A stretch of 64,000 nt of DNA from Acidobacteriota bacterium (GCA_963666055.2 CAXWPH010000006.1:288001-352000); one strand, 5' to 3'. Numbered from the stretch's first letter, positions 27,442-36,935 are shown. Program-made: numbers and translations. The notes: generated by a model from the letters alone, not told the origin.

Positions 27442-29265
27442 GTGACTATGAAGACGATTCGGATCCTGACCGTGATACTTCTTTTGCCGGTTTCTGCCGT
27501 TGTGGCGCAGCAGCCCCGCATGCCCGCGACGCCCGGGCAGGTCGCCCGGCCCGGAGGGAAGCTGCCGGGCAACGTCCAGATCTCGCTCGTCAAGATCGCG
27601 GACGGCTTTCGGGATCCGACCAATGTTGCCAGCGCCGGGGACGGCACCGGCCGGATCTTCGTGGTCGAGCGCGCCGGCCGGGTCCGGATCGTCCACCGGG
27701 ACGGGCGAGTGCAGAAGGAGCCGTTTCTCGATCTCACCAACATCAATCCCCTGGGGAGCGACGTGCAAACGGGCTTCGTCGAGCAGGGGCTTTACGCGAT
27801 CGCGTTCCATCCCAGTTTCAGGGAGAACGGGTATTTCTATGCGCACTACGCGTCGCTGCCGTTCAACGGAGACGGGATGATCGTGCGTTTCCAGGTCGAC
27901 CCCGAGAGCCCGGACATCGTGACGGCGGAGCGCACACGCCAGACCGCGAAGGTCCTGATGCGGATCGAGCAGCCCTACTACAACCACAACGGCGGGCAGA
28001 TCGAGTTCGGTCCCGACGGCTATCTCTACATCGGGTCCGGGGACGGCGGTTGGGAAGGTGATCCACTGGAGGCTGGGCAGGATCTCTCGACGCTGCTCGG
28101 CAAGATGATCAGGATCGACGTCGACACCTCCGACAACGATCGCATCCCCTACAGAATTCCCGAGACGAACCCCCTAGCCAGCGCCAGTGACGAGCGGCTG
28201 ATGCAGCTTTTCGGAATTTCGGAGCTCGATTTCTCGAAGATCAAGACGAGGTCGCGCCCGGAAATCTGGGCTTACGGCGTGCGCAATCCTTACGAGTTTT
28301 CCTTCGACCTGAAGACGGGCGATCTGTACATCGCCGACGTCGGACAGAACCACTGGGAGGAAATCATCTTCCAGCCCTCAGCGAGCCGTGGAGGAGAAAA
28401 CTACGGCTGGCCGAGGATGAACGGAACGAAGTGCTACCCAATGACGGGCCCTTCCGACCAATGCCCGCAGGTGGGATTGCTGCCGGCAGCGGAGTATCCG
28501 CACGAAGTCCCTTACCCGGGCGCAGCGCCGCTCACGGGAGGCTTTGGCTGCTCGGTGCAGGGACTGGGGGTGGCGAATTACGGCGGAATGAACGGCGTCT
28601 ATCTGGTAGGGGACTGGTGCTCGGGGCGGCTCTTCGGTCTTGGATGGGACGGCGCGCGTTGGCAGCTGGAGGAGCTCCTGCAGACGAACCTGCAGTTCAC
28701 CGCCGGCGGCTATGACGAAGACGGGTTCGTCCTCGCCGTCAACTGCAACTGCTTCTACACGTCGGACCGCGGTCCCGCCGCGAATCCGCCGGGCTCGCTC
28801 TGGCGCATCGTCCCTTCGAGCGAAGTCGGGCCCGGCACCGAGGTCGCAAGAGTGGTCACCGGGGATTCGACGGGCGCAGTGGCGGGCGGCGGTCCCCTGG
28901 TGTTTCGGAACGCCTTGGATGACACGCCGCTGGATTTCAACAGCGAGCCGGAGGCAAGCCTGTCCGCGACGGTCCGGCAGTTCCGGGATTCCGGGCTGAA
29001 TCCCTACAACGGGAATGCGACGGCCGTCGGCGAGGGAAGGACGACCTATCTCCAGGAGTGCGCCTCCTGTCACCTGGAGGATGGTACCGGCCGCATCGGG
29101 TCGAGCCTCGTCGACGATCAATACACTCACGCGCGCGTCTCCACGGACGTCGGGATGTTCGAGGTGATCTACGCCGGCGGGGTGGGCGCGATGCAGCCCG
29201 CCGCCGGCCGCATCACCCTCGACGAGATGCTGAAGATCATGGCGTTTCTCGACTCGTTGAAGTGA
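27442..29265 (+). CDS. PQQ-dependent glucose/sorbosone dehydrogenase fused to a C-terminal cytochrome c(L)-like domain
   Basis: Signal peptide; EQGLYAIAFHP, NHNGG, GDGG, GKMIRID, YGVRNP, ADVGQ, NYGWP; C-terminal GLNPY...CASCH...GRIG...MFEVIYAG..GAM. Confidence 0.88.
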   Translation: MTMKTIRILTVILLLPVSAVVAQQPRMPATPGQVARPGGKLPGNVQISLVKIADGFRDPTNVASAGDGTGRIFVVERAGRVRIVHRDGRVQKEPFLDLTNINPLGSDVQTGFVEQGLYAIAFHPSFRENGYFYAHYASLPFNGDGMIVRFQVDPESPDIVTAERTRQTAKVLMRIEQPYYNHNGGQIEFGPDGYLYIGSGDGGWEGDPLEAGQDLSTLLGKMIRIDVDTSDNDRIPYRIPETNPLASASDERLMQLFGISELDFSKIKTRSRPEIWAYGVRNPYEFSFDLKTGDLYIADVGQNHWEEIIFQPSASRGGENYGWPRMNGTKCYPMTGPSDQCPQVGLLPAAEYPHEVPYPGAAPLTGGFGCSVQGLGVANYGGMNGVYLVGDWCSGRLFGLGWDGARWQLEELLQTNLQFTAGGYDEDGFVLAVNCNCFYTSDRGPAANPPGSLWRIVPSSEVGPGTEVARVVTGDSTGAVAGGGPLVFRNALDDTPLDFNSEPEASLSATVRQFRDSGLNPYNGNATAVGEGRTTYLQECASCHLEDGTGRIGSSLVDDQYTHARVSTDVGMFEVIYAGGVGAMQPAAGRITLDEMLKIMAFLDSLK

Positions 29266-29417
29266 TGACGTATCTCGACCTCGATGAGTACCTGGTCGAG
29301 TTGTAGATCATAGATACGATCGCCGACGAGCAGGCGGTCCGGTCGTTGACGCTCCACGTAGTGGAAGCCAACTAGCGAGCGCCGGCCGGTAGCAAGGACC
29401 TGTGTGGACTGGTCAGC

Positions 29418-31805
29418 GTGCGGCGATCTGGTAAGAATACCGCTTCGGGGGATCTGCTTACCGAAAGCAATTGTGGATCTCCAGAGATTGGAGCGCCCGT
29501 GACAACAGGCCCCTTGGAACACGGCGGTGCTGTGCCTACGCGCCTCGCGCGCCTGTTGGTGGCGACCTGTGCGCTGCTGCCGGCAGCGTGGATCCCAATG
29601 GCCCAGGCAGCCGATGGAGGGGTCGCGGCGGGGGTACAGGTGCCGGGCACCGTTGACCTGGAGAAGTCCATCGCTGCAACCCGGGTAACCGTCGCGCCGA
29701 CGCTCGACGGTCGCCTCGACGACCAGGTCTGGACCGAAGCGATCGCGGCCTCCGAATTCCGTCAGCGGGAGCCGATCGAGGGAGCGCCGGCATCCGAGAG
29801 AACCGAGGTTCGCATCCTCTACGACGACGACAACCTCTACTTCGGGTTCGTTCTCTTCGATAGCGACCCGAGCGGGATTCGCGCCACCCAACTGCGACGC
29901 GACAGCCTCCGGCTTCGCACCCGGCGGCCGGGCAGAGGTACGGGTGGGGGCGGTGCCGGAGCCGCAGCGGCCGGACTATCCGACGACACCGTCAGCGTGA
30001 TCCTGGACACCTTTCACGATCATCGCAACGCCTTCGTGTTCACCGTCAACGCGTTGGGTACGCGCAGCGATGCGACGGTGCGAAACGAGCGCGAGGTCAA
30101 TCAGGATTGGGATGAGCGCTGGGAGGCGGCAGCCCAGATCACCGACCGGGGATGGGAGGCCGAGATGAGCATTCCCTGGGCCAGCTTGCGTTATGCGCAG
30201 GGCAATCCGATATGGGGGATCGACTTTCGGCGCCAGATTCGTCGCAAGAACGAGGAGGTCGTCTGGAGCAACTACGGCCAGGACTACGAGTTCACGACGA
30301 TCTCCCAGGCGGGCCAGTTGCAGGGCCTGGTAGACCTGCGATTAACGGGGCGCTTTCGCCTCAAGCCCTATGTGCTCGGTGGATACGATTCCTTCCAGCA
30401 GCGGGAGGTGCCGATCTCGGAGAGCTCTGCCGCGTTCGGCATCGAGGACTTCAAGATCAAGCTGACGTCTAACCTCACCTCGCAGCTGACGTACAACACC
30501 GATTTCGCCCAGGTGGAGGTCGACGAGCAGAGGGTTAACCTGACGCGATTTTCGCTCTTCTTCCCGGAGAAGCGCGAGTTCTTCCTGGAGGCGGCCAACA
30601 GCTTCAGCTTCGGCAACACGGAAGGTGGGCTCGGAAGCCCGCCACCATCGCGGCTGTTCTTCTCGCGACGGATCGGCCTGGATGACGACGGCAACTCACT
30701 GCCGATCGATTTCGGCGCCAAGCTGACGGGCAAGATCGGTCGCGGAAACCTCGGCTTTCTGAACGTCCAGACCGGCGACTCGCAGTTCGGTGAGGGCCGC
30801 AACTACACCGCCCTACGATGGCGCCAAGATCTGTTTGCTCGATCGAGTGTCGGTGCCTTCATCTCCAACGTTCAGGGACCCGGAGGAGACACCAACCGGG
30901 TCCCCGGGCTCGATGCCAACTTCACCTTTCTCGATCACCTCAACATTTCGGGCTTCGCCGCTCAGGCGCGAGACAGCGAGGTCGACGGTGGCTCCTGGAT
31001 CGGACACTTCCAAACTCGTTGGGAGAGCGATCTGTGGGAGGCGAACGCGGAGATCATGGTGATCGAGGAGGACTTTCGCACCGACCTCGGCTTCATCCCT
31101 CGCACCAACATCATCAAGCAGAGGCTCACCGGCAGCTACAAGCCGCGGCCGGGGCTGTCGTGGTTGCGTCAAGTGGAGATTAACCCGGTCTTTGATCGCA
31201 ACACCACGACTGACGGGCAGCTGGTGACACGCACCAGCTTGTTGCTCACCCGTGTCATCTGGGAATCTGGCGACTCTGTCTTCGCGACCGTTCGCAATCG
31301 GTACGAGCTGCTCGATGTTCCCTTCGAGGTCCATCCGACCGTCACGATTCCCGCTGGCGGATACGAATTCAACCAATGGTCGATCATGTTCAGCAGCTAT
31401 CCGGGTCGGCGAGTCAGCGGTGGCTTGTCGATCCGGACCGGCGAATTCTTCGACGGGGACAGGCTTTTCGTGACCCCTCGCCTGAGTATGCGGATGAATG
31501 AGAACTTCAGCCTACGCGCCGACTACAGCCACAATCGCGTCAGTTTGCCCGGTGGATCGTTCGTCGTTCATCTGGCGCGGCTGCGCGCCGACGTTTCGTT
31601 CTCGGATCGATGGCTCACCGACGCGTTGATGCAATACGACAGCGTGACCGACGAGATCTCGGTGTTCGGTCGTCTCCGCTACATCTATCGCATCGGCGAC
31701 AGCTTCTATCTGGTGTATCGGCAGACACGCCGTTTCAGCGGCGAGTTCTCTGGACTCGAAGACCGATCCTTGACCACGAAGGTGACCTACGCGTTTCAAT
31801 GGTAG
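29418..31805 (+). CDS. DUF5916 / CBM9-like outer-membrane protein
   Basis: PTLDGRLDD..W, TEVRILYDDDNLY, GWEAEMSIPW, NTDFAQVEVD, RFSLFFPEKREFFLE, LFFSRRIG; the true start is possibly GTG 29532. Confidence 0.85.
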   Translation: MRRSGKNTASGDLLTESNCGSPEIGAPVTTGPLEHGGAVPTRLARLLVATCALLPAAWIPMAQAADGGVAAGVQVPGTVDLEKSIAATRVTVAPTLDGRLDDQVWTEAIAASEFRQREPIEGAPASERTEVRILYDDDNLYFGFVLFDSDPSGIRATQLRRDSLRLRTRRPGRGTGGGGAGAAAAGLSDDTVSVILDTFHDHRNAFVFTVNALGTRSDATVRNEREVNQDWDERWEAAAQITDRGWEAEMSIPWASLRYAQGNPIWGIDFRRQIRRKNEEVVWSNYGQDYEFTTISQAGQLQGLVDLRLTGRFRLKPYVLGGYDSFQQREVPISESSAAFGIEDFKIKLTSNLTSQLTYNTDFAQVEVDEQRVNLTRFSLFFPEKREFFLEAANSFSFGNTEGGLGSPPPSRLFFSRRIGLDDDGNSLPIDFGAKLTGKIGRGNLGFLNVQTGDSQFGEGRNYTALRWRQDLFARSSVGAFISNVQGPGGDTNRVPGLDANFTFLDHLNISGFAAQARDSEVDGGSWIGHFQTRWESDLWEANAEIMVIEEDFRTDLGFIPRTNIIKQRLTGSYKPRPGLSWLRQVEINPVFDRNTTTDGQLVTRTSLLLTRVIWESGDSVFATVRNRYELLDVPFEVHPTVTIPAGGYEFNQWSIMFSSYPGRRVSGGLSIRTGEFFDGDRLFVTPRLSMRMNENFSLRADYSHNRVSLPGGSFVVHLARLRADVSFSDRWLTDALMQYDSVTDEISVFGRLRYIYRIGDSFYLVYRQTRRFSGEFSGLEDRSLTTKVTYAFQW

Positions 31806-31881
31806 TTTGGCTCTTCGGAGCCGCTGAGTTGCCCGGCGCCGTCTGGCACGCCGTGGACCGATCTCACCAAGGATCCGTAGC

Positions 31882-33156
31882 GTGTTGAGTACCGAGCCCT
31901 TCTGGCGCAGCCAATTTCCGCGGCCCGACGACTTGCCGGTCTCGGCCACCCTGCCGGAACGGGTGGACGTGGCGATTGTCGGTGGCGGCTATACGGGTCT
32001 CAACGCTGCGCGCGTGCTCGCCAAGAGTGGGGCCACCGTCTCCGTCCTCGAGCGGGAGACCATAGGGTGGGGAGCGAGCTCTCGTAACGGCGGCCTGGCG
32101 ACTCCTGGCATCAAGCGCCCGATCAAATCCATCCTCACTAGGTACGGCGAGGCTCTAGGCCGGACGTTTTGGCAGGCATCGCTGGATGCCATCGACCTCG
32201 TGGAAGAAATTGTCACGACTGAAGGCATCGACTGCGGTTGGCAGCGTCACGGCCATGTTTACCTCGCCTGCAAACGAGCGCACTTTGCCGCCATGCAGAA
32301 AAGCGTTGCGTGGTACCGGAACACGCTCGGACACGAGGTCACGGTGGTTTCTCCCTCCGACCTCTACACCGAGATCGGAAGCCGCGTCTTCCACGGCGGT
32401 TTGACCGATGCTTTCAGTGGAGGGCTCCAGCCCGCGAAATACGTCTACGGCCTGGCGAAGGCGGCCGCACATCATGGCGCCCATCTTCATGAAAAGGCGG
32501 ACGTGCAGCGCATTACACGTCGAGGCAAAGGCTTCGAGCTCCAAACGCGCCTCGGTGTGCTCGAAGCGCAGGACGTGCTCATCGCCACCAACGGCTACAC
32601 GGATCGGCTCGTGCCGGCTCTCAAGCCGAGAGTCTTTCCAGTCGGGAGCTACATCATCGTCACCGAGCCTTTGCCACGGGAACTGCAAGAGGAGCTGAGC
32701 CCCAAGGGCCGCATGTTCTACGACTCCAAGAACTTCCTCAACTACTTCCGCCTGACACCGGACGGGCGCATGCTTTGGGGTGGCCGTAACGACCTCAGCA
32801 CGGATCTCGACTTGCAGCGAAGTGCGGACGCTCTGAAGGCGCAATTGCTTTACACGTTCCCGCAGCTCGAGGGCGTTGCTTTGACCCACAGCTGGACGGG
32901 TAGGCTCGGCATCACCTTCGATCTCATGCCGCATATCGGCCGCGTCAATGGTGTGCACTATGCCTTCGGCTACAGCGGACACGGCCTAACGATCGCGACC
33001 TATCTCGGTACGGAAGTGGGCAAGTTGCTCACGGCAGAAATATCGACGAGTCCTTTCGCGGAAATTCCCCACGAGACGAAGTTCTTCTATCGTGACGAGC
33101 CCTGGTTCATCCCGCTCGCGGCGCGCTACTACCGTCTGCTCGACTGGGTCAGCTAG
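31882..33156 (+). CDS. FAD-dependent oxidoreductase, PuuB (gamma-glutamylputrescine oxidase)-like
   Basis: DVAIVGGGYTGL, GWGASSRNGG, IATNGY, YFRLTPDGR, PHIG, GYSGHG. Confidence 0.85.
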   Translation: MLSTEPFWRSQFPRPDDLPVSATLPERVDVAIVGGGYTGLNAARVLAKSGATVSVLERETIGWGASSRNGGLATPGIKRPIKSILTRYGEALGRTFWQASLDAIDLVEEIVTTEGIDCGWQRHGHVYLACKRAHFAAMQKSVAWYRNTLGHEVTVVSPSDLYTEIGSRVFHGGLTDAFSGGLQPAKYVYGLAKAAAHHGAHLHEKADVQRITRRGKGFELQTRLGVLEAQDVLIATNGYTDRLVPALKPRVFPVGSYIIVTEPLPRELQEELSPKGRMFYDSKNFLNYFRLTPDGRMLWGGRNDLSTDLDLQRSADALKAQLLYTFPQLEGVALTHSWTGRLGITFDLMPHIGRVNGVHYAFGYSGHGLTIATYLGTEVGKLLTAEISTSPFAEIPHETKFFYRDEPWFIPLAARYYRLLDWVS

Positions 33157-33190
33157 ATTCTCGAAACATGCTCCTCGTCTGTATGGGGAC

Positions 33191-33230
33191 CTAGCAGGCC
33201 GTGGTGAAAGTGTGGTGGGTCTGGCGACAA
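33191..33230 (+). repeat. CTAG-anchored IS-terminus-like motif (copy 1 of 3)
   Basis: ctagcaggccgtggtgaaagtgtgg; similar sequences at 34063 and 58365. Confidence 0.55.
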
Positions 33231-33306
33231 GGTCTTGCGAAGTGGAGGCAAGGAGAGAGGAGGAGGCGATGGTTACCGACGGGCAGCTGCCGCCCCTCCG
33301 TAACCG

Positions 33307-33636
33307 TTAGAGATCTTCCCAACAGACGAAGATCTCGTCTTTGACCTTTGAATAGACTGCCTTGTGAACCGATTCGCCCGGCTCCCTGCGGGGAAGAATG
33401 TGCTCTACAGCCCGGTCACACTGGGCGCGGTCTCGAAACGACATGATGAAAAAGTACTCGTGATCGCGTTCCCGATCAGTGTCCATGATCGGGTGTCTCT
33501 GCCGACGCCCGATAGGACCAGTGCGGTACACAAGTTCGAGCTCCTCGAGATAAGTCGTAAGGTCGGCAAGTGACTGGCGAAACTCGTCGATAGAAACCGC
33601 TGGCTTGAGATTGAAGCAGGTCAGCATATGAAACAT
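33307..33636 (-). CDS. hypothetical protein, dimeric alpha-beta barrel-like
   Basis: GAGGAGG upstream; MLTCFNLKP...EYFFIMSFRDRAQCD pattern. Confidence 0.6.
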   Translation of the reverse strand: MFHMLTCFNLKPAVSIDEFRQSLADLTTYLEELELVYRTGPIGRRQRHPIMDTDRERDHEYFFIMSFRDRAQCDRAVEHILPRREPGESVHKAVYSKVKDEIFVCWEDL

Positions 33637-33689
33637 CTGGCGCCCCCACCCTCCTCAGCTCTATGCGGCATGGGCTGCGAACCGTCGAG

Positions 33690-33843
33690 GGTCGTAGCGG
33701 CCTCGGTACACCTGACCCATCCCCCCACACCGAGGCGGTCGAGGATCTCGTAGTGGCCAAGCCGTGTGCCGGGTTCCATGGCGCTCCCGAGGCAGGGTGG
33801 GTGAGCGCCTGAAGCGTACCGCCAGAGCGTGCGGAATCCAACG
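33690..33843 (-). pseudogene. kinase promoter-leader plus about 27 kinase codons (copy E)
   Basis: TTGGAT-17-TACGCT; ATG 33779 MEPGTRLGHYEILDRLGVGG / MGQVYR (frameshifted), then truncated. Confidence 0.85.
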
Positions 33844-33874
33844 GGTGGGGCCATCGTGCTGCCGTCGAGGACCT

Positions 33875-34064
33875 TTCTACGACCGGCGCCGGCCCCACTC
33901 ATCGCTCAACGACCGGACGCCCGCAGAGGCGTACACTGAGGACGGAGCTGACAGGAGCCCGGGGCTACGCCCCGTCTGCTGTCAGCCCCAGGCAGCTTGA
34001 ATCGTGAACCCGGATTCCACCTTAGCTGTGACCAAAACCTGTCCGAAGGATGGGGTCCACCTCT
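33875..34064 (+). mobile_element. IS3-family right-end remnant
   Basis: FY.RRRPHSSLNDRTPAEAY..QPQAA* plus terminal ctgtccgaaggatggggtccacctct; close inverted match to 63257-63445. Confidence 0.8.
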
Positions 34065-34433
34065 AGCAGGCCGTGGTGGAAGTGTGGCGGGCCTGGTGGA
34101 GTTACCTCACTTCGGTGGACACCTAAGCGCTTGGAGTTTGGTTGCTCGTAGTAGTAGAGAGGTGGGAACTTGTGGGAGCCGCGCAGCGGCTTCCAAGCGG
34201 CGGTGTGGATCGCGAAGCGATGTGCACGGACGCGGGCCAGATCTTGCTAAAGGTCAGCCTGGCCGACGGCTACGAAGCGCTCTGTAGGACGGACCCGCGC
34301 GGCTAGGCGAGCGGGCGCTCAAACCACCGGCGAAACCTCTCCGCGTGGTCACTCTGCGTCTCTCGCAAGACAGCACGAGGGACGGCTACAACCGAGAAGT
34401 CTCATAACATATTGATGTTACGAGGTTTACAAA

Positions 34434-34480
34434 GAGCCGGCGCGCGGATTCGAACCGCGAACCTGCTGATTACGAATCAG
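34434..34480 (-). tRNA. 3' half of tRNA-Thr(CGT), att-site remnant
   Basis: Minus strand CTGAT-TCGTAAT..CAG anticodon arm, CGCGGTTCGAATCCGCG T-arm, GCCGGCT acceptor; no D-arm or 5' acceptor strand. Confidence 0.85.
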
Positions 34481-34648
34481 TAAACGCTGCCACTTCCTGA
34501 CTCAACGCGCCCCTGCATTACCCGCATAACGTCCTACTATGATTGGGATTTATGGGGTATACTTGCGTCATAGGGAGTCAGGCAGTGGCAAGCAGGTTGG
34601 AGCCCTATACGGAGCCCGACTGGAGCTGCTGACAGGGAGGGGTGACCG

Positions 34649-35896
34649 GTGCCGAAGGTGAAACTCACCGTTCAGGGAGTCAAGGCCCTGCCGATCCCAG
34701 ACGAGGGCCGCGTGAACTACTTCGACGAGGTGGAGCCGGGCCTAGTTCTGCGCGTCGCGTCGTCGGGGACCAAAAGCTACTCCGTTATGTGGCGAAAGGG
34801 CGGCAAGCGGCCGCGCGTGACGCTGGGCATTACGGACGACTCCCCGAAGCGAGGACCGAATGCCAATACCCCTCGGCTCAGCCTCGCAGAGGCGCGGGAA
34901 GAAGCGAAGCGCCTTCTCGGAAACGTCCGACTCGGGAAGGACCCGGCGGAGGCAAAGCGAGAGCGCGCAGAGGCAATCACCTTCGCCAAGCTGGCGCGCG
35001 AGTACGTGGCGCGCTGGGCCTACCGCCGCAAGTCTCCCAAGGGTGCACGCGAAGACGAGCTGCGCATCGACCGAGTACTCATTCCGCGCTGGGGTCATTT
35101 CAAGGCGGCCGACATCCGCAAGCGCGACGTGGTGGAGCTGCTCGATGAGTACGCAGACGCCGGAAAAGTGTACGCCCGCAATCGCATGCAGTCGCTCGTC
35201 TCGAAGGTCTACAACTTCGGCATCAGGCGCGATGCCGTCCAAACCAATCCGGCTCAGGGCATCGACCGCGAGCCCGAGGAACCGCGGAAGCGCGTGCTCA
35301 CCGACTACGAGCTCAAAGTGCTATTGCCGCTATTCGAGGAGGAAGGCCTCGCCGGTCTTGGGTTCCGTTTCCTGCTGCTGACCGGCCAACGGCCGTCCGA
35401 GGTGTTCGGTATGCGGTGGTCCGAGGTGGACCGCGACACGTGGCTACTGCCGAAGGCGAGGACGAAGAACAAGCGCAGCAAGTATGCGCCCGACTTCCAC
35501 ACGGTCCCGCTGTCTCAACAGGCGTTCGAGGTGCTGCGCGAGCTGAAGGCACACCGAGACGATTCCGGCTTTGTCTTCCCCTCGGCGACCCGCAAGGACA
35601 TGCCCTTTACGAATTACTCGAAGGCGTATCGGCGCGTGAAGAAAGAAGCAAAGCTGGGGGAGAATTGGCGAGTGTACGACTTCAAGAGCACGATGCTCAC
35701 CGGCCTCGAGCGGCTCGGTGCGCCGGGGCCTGTTGTCTCGGCAGTGGCGGGGCACCTTCCGACGAACGTGACGCGGCAACACTACGCCTTTCACGACTTC
35801 GCCAACGAGAAGCGCGATGCGCTTAGCCGCTGGGGCGCGCACGTCGAGAAGCTCGACCCGGCGACGGTTGGCGAAGTCGTTGAGCTGCGACGGTAA
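34649..35896 (+). CDS. tyrosine integrase (P4-like, arm-binding N-domain)
   Basis: YFDEVEPGLVLRV..SGTKSY, SLAEARE, LLLTGQRPSEV, HTVPLS, AGH, HY; box II reads YDFKST. Confidence 0.92.
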   Translation: MPKVKLTVQGVKALPIPDEGRVNYFDEVEPGLVLRVASSGTKSYSVMWRKGGKRPRVTLGITDDSPKRGPNANTPRLSLAEAREEAKRLLGNVRLGKDPAEAKRERAEAITFAKLAREYVARWAYRRKSPKGAREDELRIDRVLIPRWGHFKAADIRKRDVVELLDEYADAGKVYARNRMQSLVSKVYNFGIRRDAVQTNPAQGIDREPEEPRKRVLTDYELKVLLPLFEEEGLAGLGFRFLLLTGQRPSEVFGMRWSEVDRDTWLLPKARTKNKRSKYAPDFHTVPLSQQAFEVLRELKAHRDDSGFVFPSATRKDMPFTNYSKAYRRVKKEAKLGENWRVYDFKSTMLTGLERLGAPGPVVSAVAGHLPTNVTRQHYAFHDFANEKRDALSRWGAHVEKLDPATVGEVVELRR

Positions 35897-35905
35897 GCGG
35901 CGACC

Positions 35906-36538
35906 ATGCGCCGCTGCGACGTCGCCAAAGTGGGGCGCTTGCGCGCGCAGGATATAGACGCAAACGAGGCGCCGCCTCCCGATGCGGAAGAAAAGCTGGA
36001 CACCTTGCGCTACCTCCGTGAATTGGACGAACGAGTACGCAGGACCGGCCTCGCCGACGACGTTGCGCTAGCTCCGAGAGATGCCGCAATCATCGATGAG
36101 GCTCTGAGTCGCGGCACCGCCAACAACTACGCTCGAATAGCACGCGGTGTCGGCGTGCATCGCTCCACGGTGATGCGGCGCGTTGAGAAGATGCTCGAAG
36201 CGGCGCCCTACCTCCAGCGCTTCTGGAAGGTGCTGCTCGGAGAAGCACCGCCGCTCAACCGCTCCTTCGATACGAGCAAGGACCCACGGTTGAGGCAATT
36301 GGCGAAGGCTCGCAACGCCGCCATGAACATCCTTCACCCGCGGCCGGTCGTCGAGCGCGGCAATGGGCAGATGAGCATCAGTTTCCCGTCATTTGCGGCG
36401 CTTTGGTCGTACGCCGAGTCCGGCCTTCCAGGGCCGAAACGGTGCCCTGTGTGCGGGCGTTTCGTCCGGGCGCGCGCGACCTACTGCGACCCGACTTGCC
36501 GCAAACGCGCCGAGCGGATCAGGAAGCGGCCGAAGTAG
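35906..36538 (+). CDS. HTH-containing hypothetical protein with C-terminal Zn-finger-like motif
   Basis: YARIARGVGVHRSTVMR helix-turn-helix; CPVCG...YCDPTCR. Confidence 0.6.
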   Translation: MRRCDVAKVGRLRAQDIDANEAPPPDAEEKLDTLRYLRELDERVRRTGLADDVALAPRDAAIIDEALSRGTANNYARIARGVGVHRSTVMRRVEKMLEAAPYLQRFWKVLLGEAPPLNRSFDTSKDPRLRQLAKARNAAMNILHPRPVVERGNGQMSISFPSFAALWSYAESGLPGPKRCPVCGRFVRARATYCDPTCRKRAERIRKRPK

Positions 36539-36698
36539 TACGGGCCTGCTCACAACTTCCCGCTGAATCCCGCATTGAGTGGGGATCTCGCCGCGTCCGT
36601 CGGGGCGCCCATGTCACGGTTTCGTCGTTGGCGTGCAACGCCTCCGCATACGTGAGGACCACGGACGGCCCACGGTGCCCCACGACAGGAGGACGAAC

Positions 36699-36935
36699 AT
36701 GCCGGAGCAAGAGGTGCACCCGCTGCGACTCGCATTCACCGAGAGGGACTTGGATGCAGCGGGCATCCTGAGTCGGAAGACGCGCTATCGCATGCGCCGC
36801 CAGCGGACCTTTCCTGAGCCGGTGGTCGCTGGCGGGCGCCGGTTGTATAGGGCCTCAGATATCCATGCGTGGCTGCAAGATCCCGAACGGTGGGTGCGAG
36901 AGCACAGTAGTGGCGATGGCTGCGATGGAAGCTGA
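36699..36935 (+). CDS. AlpA/excisionase-like DNA-binding protein
   Basis: AGGAGG RBS; LSRKTRYRMRRQRTFPEPV..GRRLYRASDIHAWL. Confidence 0.8.
   Translation: MPEQEVHPLRLAFTERDLDAAGILSRKTRYRMRRQRTFPEPVVAGGRRLYRASDIHAWLQDPERWVREHSSGDGCDGS

Noticed and set aside
907-33843. Classical integron
   Set aside because: No IntI-like gene, no recognisable attC palindromes, and cargo genes lie in mixed orientations.
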